Source of the DNA: a virus
Taxonomy: Duplodnaviria; Caudoviricetes
Virus record (IMG/VR): IMGVR_UViG_3300017766_003281
Span: 1-39,546 of that record
Strand: one strand, 5' to 3'
DNA: 39,546 nucleotides
Shown here: positions 25,822 through 35,118 of the stretch, in pieces
Layout of the letters: each line of letters begins with the position of its first letter
Numbering within the stretch: position 1 is the first letter of the stretch
The notes under the pieces: generated by a model
The model's input: only the letters and a program-made list of their open reading frames with translations
Database searches by the model: none
What the model was told of the DNA's origin: nothing
Made by a program: the position numbers and the translations under genes

Positions 25822-25861
25822 GAAGGAAAGACAGGCTCTGCAGGGTTGGTGCAGAGCCTGC
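25822..25861 (-). terminator. Hairpin/partial terminator after the capsid and decoration genes
   Basis: 11-bp perfect stem CAGGCTCTGCA/TGCAGAGCCTG followed on the - strand by TCTTTCCTT. Confidence 0.6.
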
Positions 25862-25884
25862 CGGATTCGGGGATTACCCCCAAA

Positions 25885-26181
25885 TTAAGTTTCGCTGGTG
25901 ATACGCATCCAAGCGAACGTGCCCGCACCGGCGGCAGGGATCAAAGTCCCGTCCACGGCGGAAGCCGCACCAGCCACGATGTTGCCGGTGGCTTGATCGA
26001 AGGTGCAAGCCGCACCAGCAGCCAGAGCTGCGGGCACGCGGCCGTAAAGGATGCGGGTTTCGACACCTGCATTGACGGCGTTCATGCGCGTGCCCAGGGG
26101 ATGGCGCTGCACGTCGTCTGCCACATCGGGCTGGGTCACACCCACTACGGGCTGACGAATGGTCCAAGCTGCTACTGTCAT
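25885..26181 (-). CDS. Probable capsid decoration/cement protein, 98 aa
   Basis: GGAG SD; small Ala/Gly-rich beta protein immediately after the major capsid gene. Confidence 0.65.
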   Translation of the reverse strand: MTVAAWTIRQPVVGVTQPDVADDVQRHPLGTRMNAVNAGVETRILYGRVPAALAAGAACTFDQATGNIVAGAASAVDGTLIPAAGAGTFAWMRITSET

Positions 26182-26206
26182 GGTATTTCTCCGAAGGGTT
26201 GAGGGG

Positions 26207-26246
26207 TTATCCGGCCGGATTAAAGTGGATTAATCCGGCCGAATTG
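26207..26246. repeat. 40-bp double-palindrome element, copy D
   Basis: TTATCCGGCCGGATTAA-AGTGGA-TTAATCCGGCCGAATTG. Confidence 0.92.
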
Positions 26247-26253
26247 TTCCTGA

Positions 26254-27231
26254 TTAGGCCTTGAGCACGCCCTGGAGCGCACGGTTGCCGATGGTCAGGT
26301 TGCCCATCCAGATGATTGGCACCACGGCAGCGTCCTGGTTGTAAGGACGCATTTCGGGCACCACTTCCATGTCGGCATCCTTGTGGACGATCAGGTGGAT
26401 GTAATCCGTGTTGAGGAAGTACATGTGGGCGTTGGGGATGCCGCTGCCGCCGTCGAAGATCACGTCAGCCGACTTGTACTTCAGCGACTGGAAGCCACCC
26501 TTGGCAGTCTCGGCTTGCGTGTAACGCTTGATCGAGACTTGGCTGGTTTCGTAGAAGCCGAAGTAGTCGTTGGAAGAGAGGATCAGGTCGGGCTTGTCAT
26601 CGCCACGGGTCTGAGCCATCCACAGGGGAAGCATCAGGGATTCCATCACGCCGGTCGCACCGGAAGGTACGATGGCACCACCGCCCTGGAGAGGGGCTGC
26701 AGCCGACTGCACCTTGTTGCGCCAGAAGGTCCAGGTAGCGGCGTTGATGCCGCCAACCGTGCCCTGGCCGTTGTCAGCCACCAGCAACTGCAGGCCGCCG
26801 ATCTGGTTGGGCAGTGTGCCGTCACCGTACACGTCGAAGGAGAAGTTGTTTTTGAAGGTGCGGATCGCATTCTTCATACGCGACTTCACCAGGTTGATGA
26901 TGCGCTCCTTACCGGAGTTGATGCGCATTTCCTGGCCGGAAGCAGTGACGTGGATGGCGATCTGGCGCCATGGGAACTCAGCGGCCGACAGCACGTCTGA
27001 TGCGCCCACATTCAGCGTGTCGTAGCCAGAGTAGCGCTGGTAAGTGCTGTTCTCGGCGTATTCCAGGGGCTGGGTCAGCGAGGTGCCGCCGGACTCGGTG
27101 CGCTTCATCCCCTTGACCATCAGGCGCTGGAGGAAGGCGTTGTTGTTCGACACGTTGTCGATGATGTCAGAACGGTGGTTACGGAAGGTCGTCGAAACGA
27201 GTTCCGTAAAGACTGCATTGGGAGAGGGCAT
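26254..27231 (-). CDS. Major capsid protein, 325 aa
   Basis: AAGGAG SD; strong codon bias; follows the scaffold gene; DNVSNNNA, YSGYD.L, YFLNTDY and WMGNLT..NR..QG segments. Confidence 0.88.
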   Translation of the reverse strand: MPSPNAVFTELVSTTFRNHRSDIIDNVSNNNAFLQRLMVKGMKRTESGGTSLTQPLEYAENSTYQRYSGYDTLNVGASDVLSAAEFPWRQIAIHVTASGQEMRINSGKERIINLVKSRMKNAIRTFKNNFSFDVYGDGTLPNQIGGLQLLVADNGQGTVGGINAATWTFWRNKVQSAAAPLQGGGAIVPSGATGVMESLMLPLWMAQTRGDDKPDLILSSNDYFGFYETSQVSIKRYTQAETAKGGFQSLKYKSADVIFDGGSGIPNAHMYFLNTDYIHLIVHKDADMEVVPEMRPYNQDAAVVPIIWMGNLTIGNRALQGVLKA

Positions 27232-27255
27232 GGTAACTCCTTGAAGATGATGGGA

Positions 27256-28359
27256 TTAGCTCTTTCCGCCGGACATGATCTGGTCGAAAGCCGCTTCGAT
27301 CGAATTGTCCAGGTTCTGGAGCCCTGCGCCAGGAGACGGGCCTTTCGACACACCACCAGCGACTTGAGACTTCACGTTAACCCCGGTTGCCTTACGTGCA
27401 GCGGTTGTCTTTGCCGCTGCGGCCTCGCGTGCCTTCTGCTTCGCCGCTTCAGTTGCCGACTGCTTCCGCAGAGCTTCTTTTTCGGAGACGGCAGGATTCA
27501 TGCGAATTGCCAAGTCGTAAGCTTGCTTCAGGGAGGAGGCACGCCCTGATTGGATGAACATGGCCATGTCATCGGCCACTTCATCAAAGAATGCGTGCTC
27601 CGGATCTGCTGCAAAGGTATTCAACTCACTCTTCAGCGTTTCGACCACAGCGGCTCGTTGCGCCTGTGCTGCGGCCTGTTGCTGCGAAGTTTGCTGGTTT
27701 ACCAGTTGCTGCTGGAGGGATTGTAACTGGGCCATTTGCGTCCGCAAGGCTTTCACTTCCGGGTCCACGTAGGGGCTGTCATCGTCAGCTTCCCCGGTCG
27801 CGGGCGCGAGTGTGACGCCGAACTGCTTCGCCAAGGCCGACAAGGTGGCGTGCTTCACCTCGGGACTGCCCAGGGCCAGACGCTGGTGCACGTCGAACAG
27901 CTCCCCCACGTGACGGATGGGGTCGATGCCGTACTGGCGCAGGACCGGCACGTAGGGCTGGATTGCCTTGTCCACCGCTGAGCCGAAGTTGGCCGCAGCA
28001 CGGTACTCGCCAATTCCGCGCAGGATGTCCTCCTCGCGCTTCGCCACCTCGGCCTTGATCACTTCGGGCAGCTTGTCGAATTCGGCCTTGGCCTCGGGGC
28101 GCCACGATGCGGGAGCCTTCAGCTGGGTGGTGCCGGGTGCTGGCGCAGGGGTGGGCGTGCCAGGTGCTGGCGCGGCAGCAGGGGCAGCAGCCTTTTCACC
28201 TTCCGGTGTCGCCTTGCCATCTTCCGGTGCCACCGCGGTAGTGGTGCCTTCGGCAGCGCCTTTGACGTCCAGTTCAACGTCGTCGCTCGGGGCGCTGATT
28301 TCAATGCCAAGGCCGCCGCTCACTTCGTCGACTGCCGATTCGATGTCAAAGTCTTCCAT
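27256..28359 (-). CDS. Capsid scaffolding protein, 367 aa
   Basis: AGGAG SD before ATG 28359; acidic/Pro-Ala N-terminus, AP.SW motif, coiled coil and L..AY..AI.MNP. Confidence 0.8.
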   Translation of the reverse strand: MEDFDIESAVDEVSGGLGIEISAPSDDVELDVKGAAEGTTTAVAPEDGKATPEGEKAAAPAAAPAPGTPTPAPAPGTTQLKAPASWRPEAKAEFDKLPEVIKAEVAKREEDILRGIGEYRAAANFGSAVDKAIQPYVPVLRQYGIDPIRHVGELFDVHQRLALGSPEVKHATLSALAKQFGVTLAPATGEADDDSPYVDPEVKALRTQMAQLQSLQQQLVNQQTSQQQAAAQAQRAAVVETLKSELNTFAADPEHAFFDEVADDMAMFIQSGRASSLKQAYDLAIRMNPAVSEKEALRKQSATEAAKQKAREAAAAKTTAARKATGVNVKSQVAGGVSKGPSPGAGLQNLDNSIEAAFDQIMSGGKS

Positions 28360-28394
28360 TTCAATTCTCCTGGGGGTTGGGGTTGGGTAAGGGG

Positions 28395-28844
28395 TTAGGC
28401 GGCTTGTGCGGTGGCGCGGATGAACCCGCAATCACCTTCACCAGCACCTGCCAGCAGTTCGCCTGTGAGGATTTCCTGCTTCTCTTCAGGGAGGGACAGG
28501 GCAGCGGCCACGGCAGATTCCACAATGGCGTCCTCAGCCGCTTCGGCTTGGGCCTGCCGGTGGCGCTTGTGTTCGTCCAATTCGCCTGGCTCGTACACAC
28601 GGCAGCCGTGCTGCTTGAGGTTCTCCTCATGCTGGCGTCGGCCACTGATCAGCTTGCCCGTGATGGGGCAGGTGTAGGGGGCATAGTCCACTGCCACGCG
28701 GGCTTTGTCGATGATGCGCTGAGCGGGTGCGCGGCACTTCTCACAGCTGGCAGGCTGGTCACGGTCAGCGATCCGACGGTAGATGTCGAACTTGTGCCCG
28801 CAGGCCTCATTGGTGCATTTTGCAGAGTAGGTTGGCATGGTCAA
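28395..28844 (-). CDS. FmdB-like zinc-ribbon protein, about 149 aa
   Basis: MPTY..KC....CGH.F ... CEKC...AQR, then Y.CPITGK.I.GRRQH.ENLK.HGC. Confidence 0.8.
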   Translation of the reverse strand: MTMPTYSAKCTNEACGHKFDIYRRIADRDQPASCEKCRAPAQRIIDKARVAVDYAPYTCPITGKLISGRRQHEENLKQHGCRVYEPGELDEHKRHRQAQAEAAEDAIVESAVAAALSLPEEKQEILTGELLAGAGEGDCGFIRATAQAA

Positions 28845-31030
28845 ACTTCACTGGGGTTGGAGGGCTCTACAGGCCCGGGCTTGGGGGATGAGAATGCGGG
28901 AGCGGCAGCTTGAGCCATCTGAACCTCCTTGAGGGCCAGGGTACGCTCTTGCTCCAGCTCCTTCATGGCGAAGCGCTGCGACATCTGGAGCTCACGTTGG
29001 GCGAATTCCTGCTCAAACTTGAGCGTTTGCAGGGCCTCTTTCTCCTGCATTTGCAGTTCGCGCGAGCGGGTTTGGAGGTCCAGCTTCTGCTTGTCCAGGT
29101 CCTCCCGCTCCTTCTTCAATGCTTCCTGCATCTGCTTCAGCTGCTCGGCCTCGGCCGCACCGCCACCACCCTGCTGGGGGGCCTGCACGGCCATGATGGC
29201 TTCTTCCACCTCGCCACCCATACGGAAGCGGCGCAGGAGGTTGAGCATGATGAGCTTGGCGGCGTCGAAGGGGAGTGCCTGGGACTGGACCAAGGGCGCG
29301 ACACCGTTGAGGAACTGGGCCAGGGCGTTCATCATCTCGGCCATGTCCTGCTTGTCCTCGGTAGCCTCCGCATCCACAGTGGAGTTGGTTTCGATGTCCA
29401 CGCTGAAGTTGCGGAGCATGTCCGACTTCAGGGCGCCGATAATCACCTCCAGGGTGGGGGCGGAGAGTTCAGACGGGATTGGCGGGGGCTCGCCGCCCAT
29501 CATCTGCGCCTGCATCCGGCCCTGCTCGTACTCCGCCCGCATCTGCTCTTGTTCGGCAGTGGTGGGGAAGGGCAGTCCGGTCATGGCGCGGATCACTTCG
29601 GGGCTGACGTGCTCCACTACCAGCTCGAGGTACAGGCGGAGATGGTCGCGGCCGAACCGTGCCACCTCTTTCTGCATCCGCTTCAGGCGCAACGTCCCCC
29701 ACTGGTTTTTAATCTCTTGCGCGCCCAGGGTCTCTGAGGCTTGGGAACTCCCCCGCATGATGTCAGCAATGCCGGTCAGCTCGAAGATGACGGCCTTGAT
29801 CTGCTGGCGCTGGGTGTAGAGCTGCTGCAACACTCCCACCAGTTTCTCAATCGGGAAGAGCCACACGGCGTCGTCCAGCTTCAACCCCTGCGAAGTGAGC
29901 TGCGCAGAGTTGCTGATCGGAATCATCGTGTTGTCGTCTTGCGACATCAGGTCCTTCATCTCCTCGATGGTGGAGTTGAAGAAGCCGCGAATGCGCATGG
30001 CCCGCACGATCTTGGTGATGCGGAAAGTGACGTCGTTCAGCTCCTCCGCTTGCTGGCGATAGGCCTCGTAGAGGGCCTGGGGGAGGAGACTGCTGATCTT
30101 GCGGTACAGGCTCAATGGCCGCCCGACGGGGAAGAAGCCTTGGAGCTTGCAGGGATCATCCAGCTCCTTCCAGGGCTCTGTGCGAGTGGTGGAGATAAAA
30201 AGGACCTTTCGGGTCAATTTGTCCCAGATTTCCCAGACGGTGGTATGACCGTCCTGGGATTCCGCGTCACCTTCCGACCCCTTCCCCCCGAAGATGGCGT
30301 TGAGGGAGGTGGAAGAGGAGTTGCCGCTACCACCTGCGGAGTCGGAAGGGTCGACTGAAGAGATGATCGCGTCCTCGGACTCCTTCTGCGGTCCGAAGTT
30401 GCGCTCCAGATCTTCTTTGGTCATGCGGTGGCGGAAGGCGACCCATGGCACTTTCTGCCAAGTCTGGGCCAGACCGTGGAGGAAGTCATCCCAGGCCACT
30501 GGCTCGAAGGAGCAGGATTCGGATTCCAGCTCTTCCGGAGGTTCCTCCGCTTCGCCTTCGGTTTCTTCCCCTTCCGCGGGTTCAGCTGGCGTGATCCGGG
30601 GCTTAAACACGGCATCATACCGCACACGCATCAGCCCACGACCGGGCACCAGCGATTCCGTCAGCGCGACACGCATCAGTTCGTCGAATTCTGGCGTGTC
30701 CGGGTCGCCGTTGTCCAGCCCATGCTGCAGAATCCGCTGCCCCATTAGGGCGGCAAGCCGGGTCAGCGCGTTGTCTTTCTGAACAAAGCGCGGCTTCACC
30801 ACCGGACGAGGGGTCTGGTTGTAAAGGGCGGGAGAGAGGGTTTCGGTGTTGCTGAAAAGGATGTTGTAGGGGTTTTGGCCCTTATCCTTCCCGCATTCGT
30901 AGAGGTCTACCAGCTCCGCGCCGGTAGTCCGCCAGGATTTTTCACGCTTCAGCGCATCTTCGAGCTGCTTGGTCCAGAATTTCACCACTTCACTCTTGCG
31001 GGAGGGTGTGGCTGTGGAGGTGAGTGGCAT
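28841..31030 (-). CDS. Portal protein, about 729 aa
   Basis: Follows TerL; NILFSN, VWEIWDK, GIADIMRG and long Gln/Glu coiled-coil C-terminus. Start at 31030 (ATG) or 31042 (TTG). Confidence 0.88.
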   Translation of the reverse strand: MPLTSTATPSRKSEVVKFWTKQLEDALKREKSWRTTGAELVDLYECGKDKGQNPYNILFSNTETLSPALYNQTPRPVVKPRFVQKDNALTRLAALMGQRILQHGLDNGDPDTPEFDELMRVALTESLVPGRGLMRVRYDAVFKPRITPAEPAEGEETEGEAEEPPEELESESCSFEPVAWDDFLHGLAQTWQKVPWVAFRHRMTKEDLERNFGPQKESEDAIISSVDPSDSAGGSGNSSSTSLNAIFGGKGSEGDAESQDGHTTVWEIWDKLTRKVLFISTTRTEPWKELDDPCKLQGFFPVGRPLSLYRKISSLLPQALYEAYRQQAEELNDVTFRITKIVRAMRIRGFFNSTIEEMKDLMSQDDNTMIPISNSAQLTSQGLKLDDAVWLFPIEKLVGVLQQLYTQRQQIKAVIFELTGIADIMRGSSQASETLGAQEIKNQWGTLRLKRMQKEVARFGRDHLRLYLELVVEHVSPEVIRAMTGLPFPTTAEQEQMRAEYEQGRMQAQMMGGEPPPIPSELSAPTLEVIIGALKSDMLRNFSVDIETNSTVDAEATEDKQDMAEMMNALAQFLNGVAPLVQSQALPFDAAKLIMLNLLRRFRMGGEVEEAIMAVQAPQQGGGGAAEAEQLKQMQEALKKEREDLDKQKLDLQTRSRELQMQEKEALQTLKFEQEFAQRELQMSQRFAMKELEQERTLALKEVQMAQAAAPAFSSPKPGPVEPSNPSEV

Positions 31031-31053
31031 GATCAGGTCCAAAAAAGTGGAGG

Positions 31054-32586
31054 TTAGAGTCGGCGTTCAGCCGCCAGACGCTTGTTTGTTCGGGCTTGGA
31101 TGAGTTCGTTCAAGGTATATTCGCCCGGGAGCTTCGGCAAGAGGGAAGCTGGCGAAGGTGTGGTGCCAGGGACCCAAGGGCGCGACATGCAGGCATAGCG
31201 AATCTCGTCGTAAGCGTGGTCCTCACCTTCCGTGTCGATGTCTTCCGTGTCGGTTTCGTCGTGTTGGAGACTGGGGAGCGTGCGAATGGTGTCGGTGCAG
31301 CAGTCCAGCACGTAGAGCATCGGAGTCCAGCGGATTGGGATGCCCTTGCCGTCCCGTTCCAGCACGTGTCCATAGATGCGTTGCCGGACTTGGTCCGCGC
31401 CGCTCTTGCGCTTGTTGTCAGCCCGCTGAAACCCGACCCCGTTCACGGCCATGGTTTCTGCTTTGCTAGGACCGCCGTCAGCGATGAAGATGGCTGGGTC
31501 AGCCACACCGTGGTGGATGACCTTTCCGTCAGCTCGTTCCCGCTCCACGATGCCCTTGGCCACGGATTCCACAGTCATCTTGAGCCCGACGTTTGGCCCG
31601 CTTGCGCCGTACCATTCCTTGTAACGCACCAGGGCGCCGACAGGCAGGCCCCATGTTCCATCGCTGACAACCCACCACCCAACAGAAAAAGGGCGAGCAG
31701 AGCCCCAATCGAAGCTGCGGAAACGCAGAGCACGATCAGGTATGCGAGGTAGCCAAATATTCGTATCAAGGACATTCTGCTCTCCCCAGTTGTCGAAGAA
31801 GGCACCGTCCACGATGTCCCAGTTGCCGTCCAGCCAAGCCTTGACCAGCTGCGCGGAGCCCGCCTGGGTGAGGCGCAGCACGTATGTGGGGTCGTTCCGC
31901 ATCAGCAGGGCATTGTCACCCAGCTTCGAAGGGATGAACACGCGAGAGAGGGAGACGGTCTGCTTAACCCCATCGACCTCAATCTCCATCGACTCAGTGA
32001 TTATTCGATAACCCTTAGGATCCGGGGTAATGTAGCGTTCCTTGACCCAGTTATGTCCAGGCCCGCCAGGGTTGCCCGTAAGTCGCATTCCGCACGGCAC
32101 GCCGGTAGCTGAGCGCAAGCAGGCTCGCAGTAGGTTGACCGGTGCAGGGGAAGGGAAGTTGGTAAGTTCCTCGATGTAGATTCGAGTATAGTTGTGTCCC
32201 TGATACGCCTCTGCGTCAGAATCCTTTTCAAGGTAGCGAAAAAGGAGTCGCGCACCCCCAGGCATCTTCCACTCAGATTTCTGCTCATTATACACCCCGC
32301 CAAGTTTGGAAAAGAGTTGCTTCGACCGGGCGATAACCTCGGAGAGCTGCTTGAACTGCCGCCGGAAGAACACTCCGACTGCATTCTCACCGTAGAGGGC
32401 GGCGTGCTGCATCCAGTCCCCGAGGCTCGACTCAGTCTTCCCGCCTCCGCGGGCACCACCGTAGAACACTTCGAAGATGGGGCATTCCAGCAGCGCGGTT
32501 TGCGGTCCCGGCTGAGGTTGCCAGATGACCGTCGTGGCGGCCGCAACAGCCGTGGGATTACCTGGAGCAACGGCAGTGAAAGTCAT
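31054..32586 (-). CDS. terL: Terminase large subunit, 510 aa
   Basis: PQPGPQ, YGGARGGGKT (Walker A), IYIEEL (Walker B), TGNPGGPGH, DWG (RNase H-like) and EDHAYDEIRY. Confidence 0.96.
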   Translation of the reverse strand: MTFTAVAPGNPTAVAAATTVIWQPQPGPQTALLECPIFEVFYGGARGGGKTESSLGDWMQHAALYGENAVGVFFRRQFKQLSEVIARSKQLFSKLGGVYNEQKSEWKMPGGARLLFRYLEKDSDAEAYQGHNYTRIYIEELTNFPSPAPVNLLRACLRSATGVPCGMRLTGNPGGPGHNWVKERYITPDPKGYRIITESMEIEVDGVKQTVSLSRVFIPSKLGDNALLMRNDPTYVLRLTQAGSAQLVKAWLDGNWDIVDGAFFDNWGEQNVLDTNIWLPRIPDRALRFRSFDWGSARPFSVGWWVVSDGTWGLPVGALVRYKEWYGASGPNVGLKMTVESVAKGIVERERADGKVIHHGVADPAIFIADGGPSKAETMAVNGVGFQRADNKRKSGADQVRQRIYGHVLERDGKGIPIRWTPMLYVLDCCTDTIRTLPSLQHDETDTEDIDTEGEDHAYDEIRYACMSRPWVPGTTPSPASLLPKLPGEYTLNELIQARTNKRLAAERRL

Positions 32587-33152
32587 TGCGCGTTCCGCTC
32601 CTTCGCCTCAGCCTCGGCCAGCCGCTCGTCGAGTGTGCGGGAAGAGACGTCGATTGCCCCTTCCCCGCTCCCGTGCTTCTGTGCCCATGCAGCTTGATCC
32701 TGGATGGGGGTAGGCATGGCCACCACGAAGCTTTGCTGCACCGTCACATTCTGTTGCCGCGCGCCATACCCCAGGGCCTTCACGCCAATCTCCAGCCCCT
32801 TCGTGGCGATTTCCGTGGACTTCGTCGCAGCGAGCTTGTCAATCAGCACGTCCAGTGACGCGGAGGTGAGGACCCTGAGCTTCTCTTCAATACTAAGCAC
32901 GAGGGTGGGGTCGATCAGCTCCGATTTGCGGATTGCCAGCCGCATCTGGAATGCGTCGGAGTTGATAATTCGGCTGACCCAGGCCTGCGTGTAGCCAAAG
33001 TGGGCAGCGATTTGCCCCTGGGAAATGGCGGGGCAGCCGATGATCAGATCGCACATCGCATCGTGGGTGTAGCTCACCCTTTTCAGCGTGTTGGCGGAGT
33101 ATTCTGTCCCTTGAAGTGGGTGGATCTGCTTTGCAGGCTGGGTGACATCCAT
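32583..33152 (-). CDS. terS: Terminase small subunit, 189 aa
   Basis: GGAG SD before ATG 33152; HTH SQGQIAAHFGYTQAWVSRII; ATGA-coupled to TerL. Confidence 0.75.
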   Translation of the reverse strand: MDVTQPAKQIHPLQGTEYSANTLKRVSYTHDAMCDLIIGCPAISQGQIAAHFGYTQAWVSRIINSDAFQMRLAIRKSELIDPTLVLSIEEKLRVLTSASLDVLIDKLAATKSTEIATKGLEIGVKALGYGARQQNVTVQQSFVVAMPTPIQDQAAWAQKHGSGEGAIDVSSRTLDERLAEAEAKERNAQ

Positions 33153-33298
33153 TACGTTGACTCCAAGAAGTTTGCAGGATGACGATCCTGCTGGATTGAT
33201 GCCCGGAATGTAGCCCGACCGTGCTGGCGCTGCAAGTTCCGACCTGTGGCCCGCCCCCGCCCCGTGGGATTCGCGCCCCTGAGCCAAACCCCCTCGAA

Positions 33299-33338
33299 TT
33301 ATCCGCCCGAATTAATCCCCATTAATCCGGCCGAATAA
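33299..33338. repeat. 40-bp double-palindrome element, copy E
   Basis: TTATCCGCCCGAATTAA-TCCCCA-TTAATCCGGCCGAATAA. Confidence 0.92.
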
Positions 33339-33519
33339 CTCATTTTTTGACTGGAAAAATTTTTAGGTGCAGTGGGAGGGAACCTGGGGGTAGGGAAAAA
33401 AGTTGAGGGGCACAAGGGGATGGATATACCGCTAAACCCCCGCCGATTCGACCCCCGGCCTGCCGACAACCCACCCCCCACGGGCCGCAGCATCCACACA
33501 ATCAGTGGCGGATCAGGCC

Positions 33520-33568
33520 GCGACAAAAAGGTCGCACACAATTGTCGGGGAAGCTGACACGAATGTCA
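33520..33568. promoter_or_regulatory. Three GACA-N4-TGTC-like palindromes, candidate activator binding sites
   Basis: GCGACA-AAAA-GGTCGC (33520-35), CACA-CAAT-TGTC (33535-46), TGACA-CGAA-TGTCA (33555-68). Confidence 0.55.
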
Positions 33569-33621
33569 CGACTGGCCCCCATTCCTCCACCGATCATGCG
33601 GATAATGTGGGGTGAAGGGGC

Positions 33622-33637
33622 TGGCACGGGGATTGCA
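33622..33637 (+). promoter_or_regulatory. sigma54 (RpoN) -24/-12 promoter
   Basis: TGGCACG-GGGA-TTGCA, a full match to TGGCACG-N4-TTGCW; intergenic, about 50 nt upstream of the first early gene. Confidence 0.7.
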
Positions 33638-33689
33638 TGTATTGATGTGCCGGGGGCAGGTCGTCGCCGGATTAATAGGAGCCACCGAT

Positions 33690-33896
33690 ATGCAAACCTT
33701 CCGTATATATGCACGCCTCGATGCCACCAGCCCATATCGCCGAACTGGTGTACTAATTGAGGCGGAAACATTGGAGCAGGCACGGGAGTTGCTTGTTAAA
33801 TTGAACGGTGCCGATGCGCGATTGACGGTCAAGCCGGACGCCACCACCACCACCACCACCACCACCACCACCACCACCACCACCACCACCAACTAA
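33690..33896 (+). CDS. Early hypothetical protein, 68 aa, with poly-Thr tail
   Basis: AGGAG SD before ATG 33690; EAETLEQARE motif. Confidence 0.75.
   Translation: MQTFRIYARLDATSPYRRTGVLIEAETLEQARELLVKLNGADARLTVKPDATTTTTTTTTTTTTTTTN
33843..33890. repeat. (ACC)16 microsatellite
   Basis: Directly visible; in frame (Thr16). Confidence 0.95.
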
Positions 33897-33910
33897 GAGG
33901 AGCCACCACC

Positions 33911-34036
33911 ATGACCCCCCGTAACATCCGTGCCTATGACGCCCTCCGCAACATGGGCCTTCGCCCCGCCCTCGCATGGCGACTCGCCCACCGTCCCGCC
34001 ATCGTAACCGTGCTAGTCGGTCCATCCGTGGTATAG
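33911..34036 (+). CDS. Early hypothetical peptide, 41 aa
   Basis: Not in the ORF track. GAGGAG SD; MTPRNIRAYDALRNMGLRPALAWRLAHRPAIVTVLVGPSVV. Confidence 0.65.
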   Translation: MTPRNIRAYDALRNMGLRPALAWRLAHRPAIVTVLVGPSVV

Positions 34037-34125
34037 TCCCACCTCATGGGCCTGCCACCGCGGGCCTATCGGGGGCGATTTTGCCTACAACCCGGCGCCA
34101 TGCGCCACCTTCAGGAGCCACCACT

Positions 34126-34707
34126 ATGACCACCACCAGCACTACCGCCCGCGTTCCAGCCATCGCCGTGGAAACAATCCCCACGTATCGCGGGGAAGAT
34201 ATGTCCACATTCCCAGGATCGGACGGATTCCGGCTTGAACTCAAGTTCTCAGACGGCACCAAGCAATTGGTTTCGGCAGATACCCTGTGCGCCGACATCC
34301 GCCTGCAGGCAATGGCGCACGGGCTCAAGCAAAAGCTGGTGGACGCGGCCGCCATCGCCCGGAATACGGACACAGGCGCCTCGGCCACTCTCGCGGACAA
34401 GAAGGATGCCGTCCTGTCCGTCCTGAACCGCCTCATGGCAGGCAGCTGGAACGCCACCCGCGAGTCGGGAGAGGGCGCCGCGAAGGGTTCGATCCTCCTC
34501 CTGGCCCTTCAACGCGCTCAACCCGCCGCCGATGCCACGGCCCTTGCCGCCCGTATTAAGGGGCTGACGGACGCCGAACGCGCCGCACTCATGAAGAACC
34601 CCAAGATTCTCCCCCATGTGCAGGCCATCCAGGCGGAGCGTGCCGCCGCCGCATCCCGGAAATCGGGGGTGGATTCGGACGCCCTCCTGTCGGACCTCCT
34701 CGGCTAA
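34126..34707 (+). CDS. Early hypothetical protein, 193 aa, paralog of 37318-37989
   Basis: AGGAG SD; AHG..QKL.D, SILL.AL and AAL..NPKI shared with the paralog. Confidence 0.85.
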   Translation: MTTTSTTARVPAIAVETIPTYRGEDMSTFPGSDGFRLELKFSDGTKQLVSADTLCADIRLQAMAHGLKQKLVDAAAIARNTDTGASATLADKKDAVLSVLNRLMAGSWNATRESGEGAAKGSILLLALQRAQPAADATALAARIKGLTDAERAALMKNPKILPHVQAIQAERAAAASRKSGVDSDALLSDLLG

Positions 34708-34761
34708 CCGCCCCACGGGCATCCGCCCGCACCTTCCCGGCGCCTCATGGCGCCCCCTCAA

Positions 34762-34793
34762 GCCCCACGGATTCGCCCCCGTGGGGTTTTTTT
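34762..34793 (+). terminator. Rho-independent terminator
   Basis: GCCCCACGG...CCGTGGGGT stem followed by a T-run. Confidence 0.88.
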
Positions 34794-35118
34794 CGCTCCT
34801 GCCCGCCCCCCTCGCCCCCCTGCCCCCCCTGCCCGCCCCCTCGCACCTGTAACAATCCCCCGGATGATCCCCGGATGCCCAGCCATGGCCGAATTATCCG
34901 GGCGAACCCCCGATTCGGTGCGGGCGGTGGGTTTTGCCGCCGTGCCATGGCCCCGTGCGGGCCTCTCCCGGCCCCGTGGAGCCCCGTTTGGGGGTTCACC
35001 CATACCTACCCCCCAGCTCACCCTCTCCGGCCCTCCACGGCCTCATTTTCCCCATTGTCCCCATTTCACTCCCCACCCCCTCCAGTTCGTTGCTATTCCG
35101 CCACATTTCGCCCCGTTT

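Noticed and set aside
33299-33338. 40-bp element as a XerCD dif site
   Set aside because: The 6-bp spacer fits, but the arms do not resemble the dif consensus (GGTGCGCATAA / TTATGTTAAAT).
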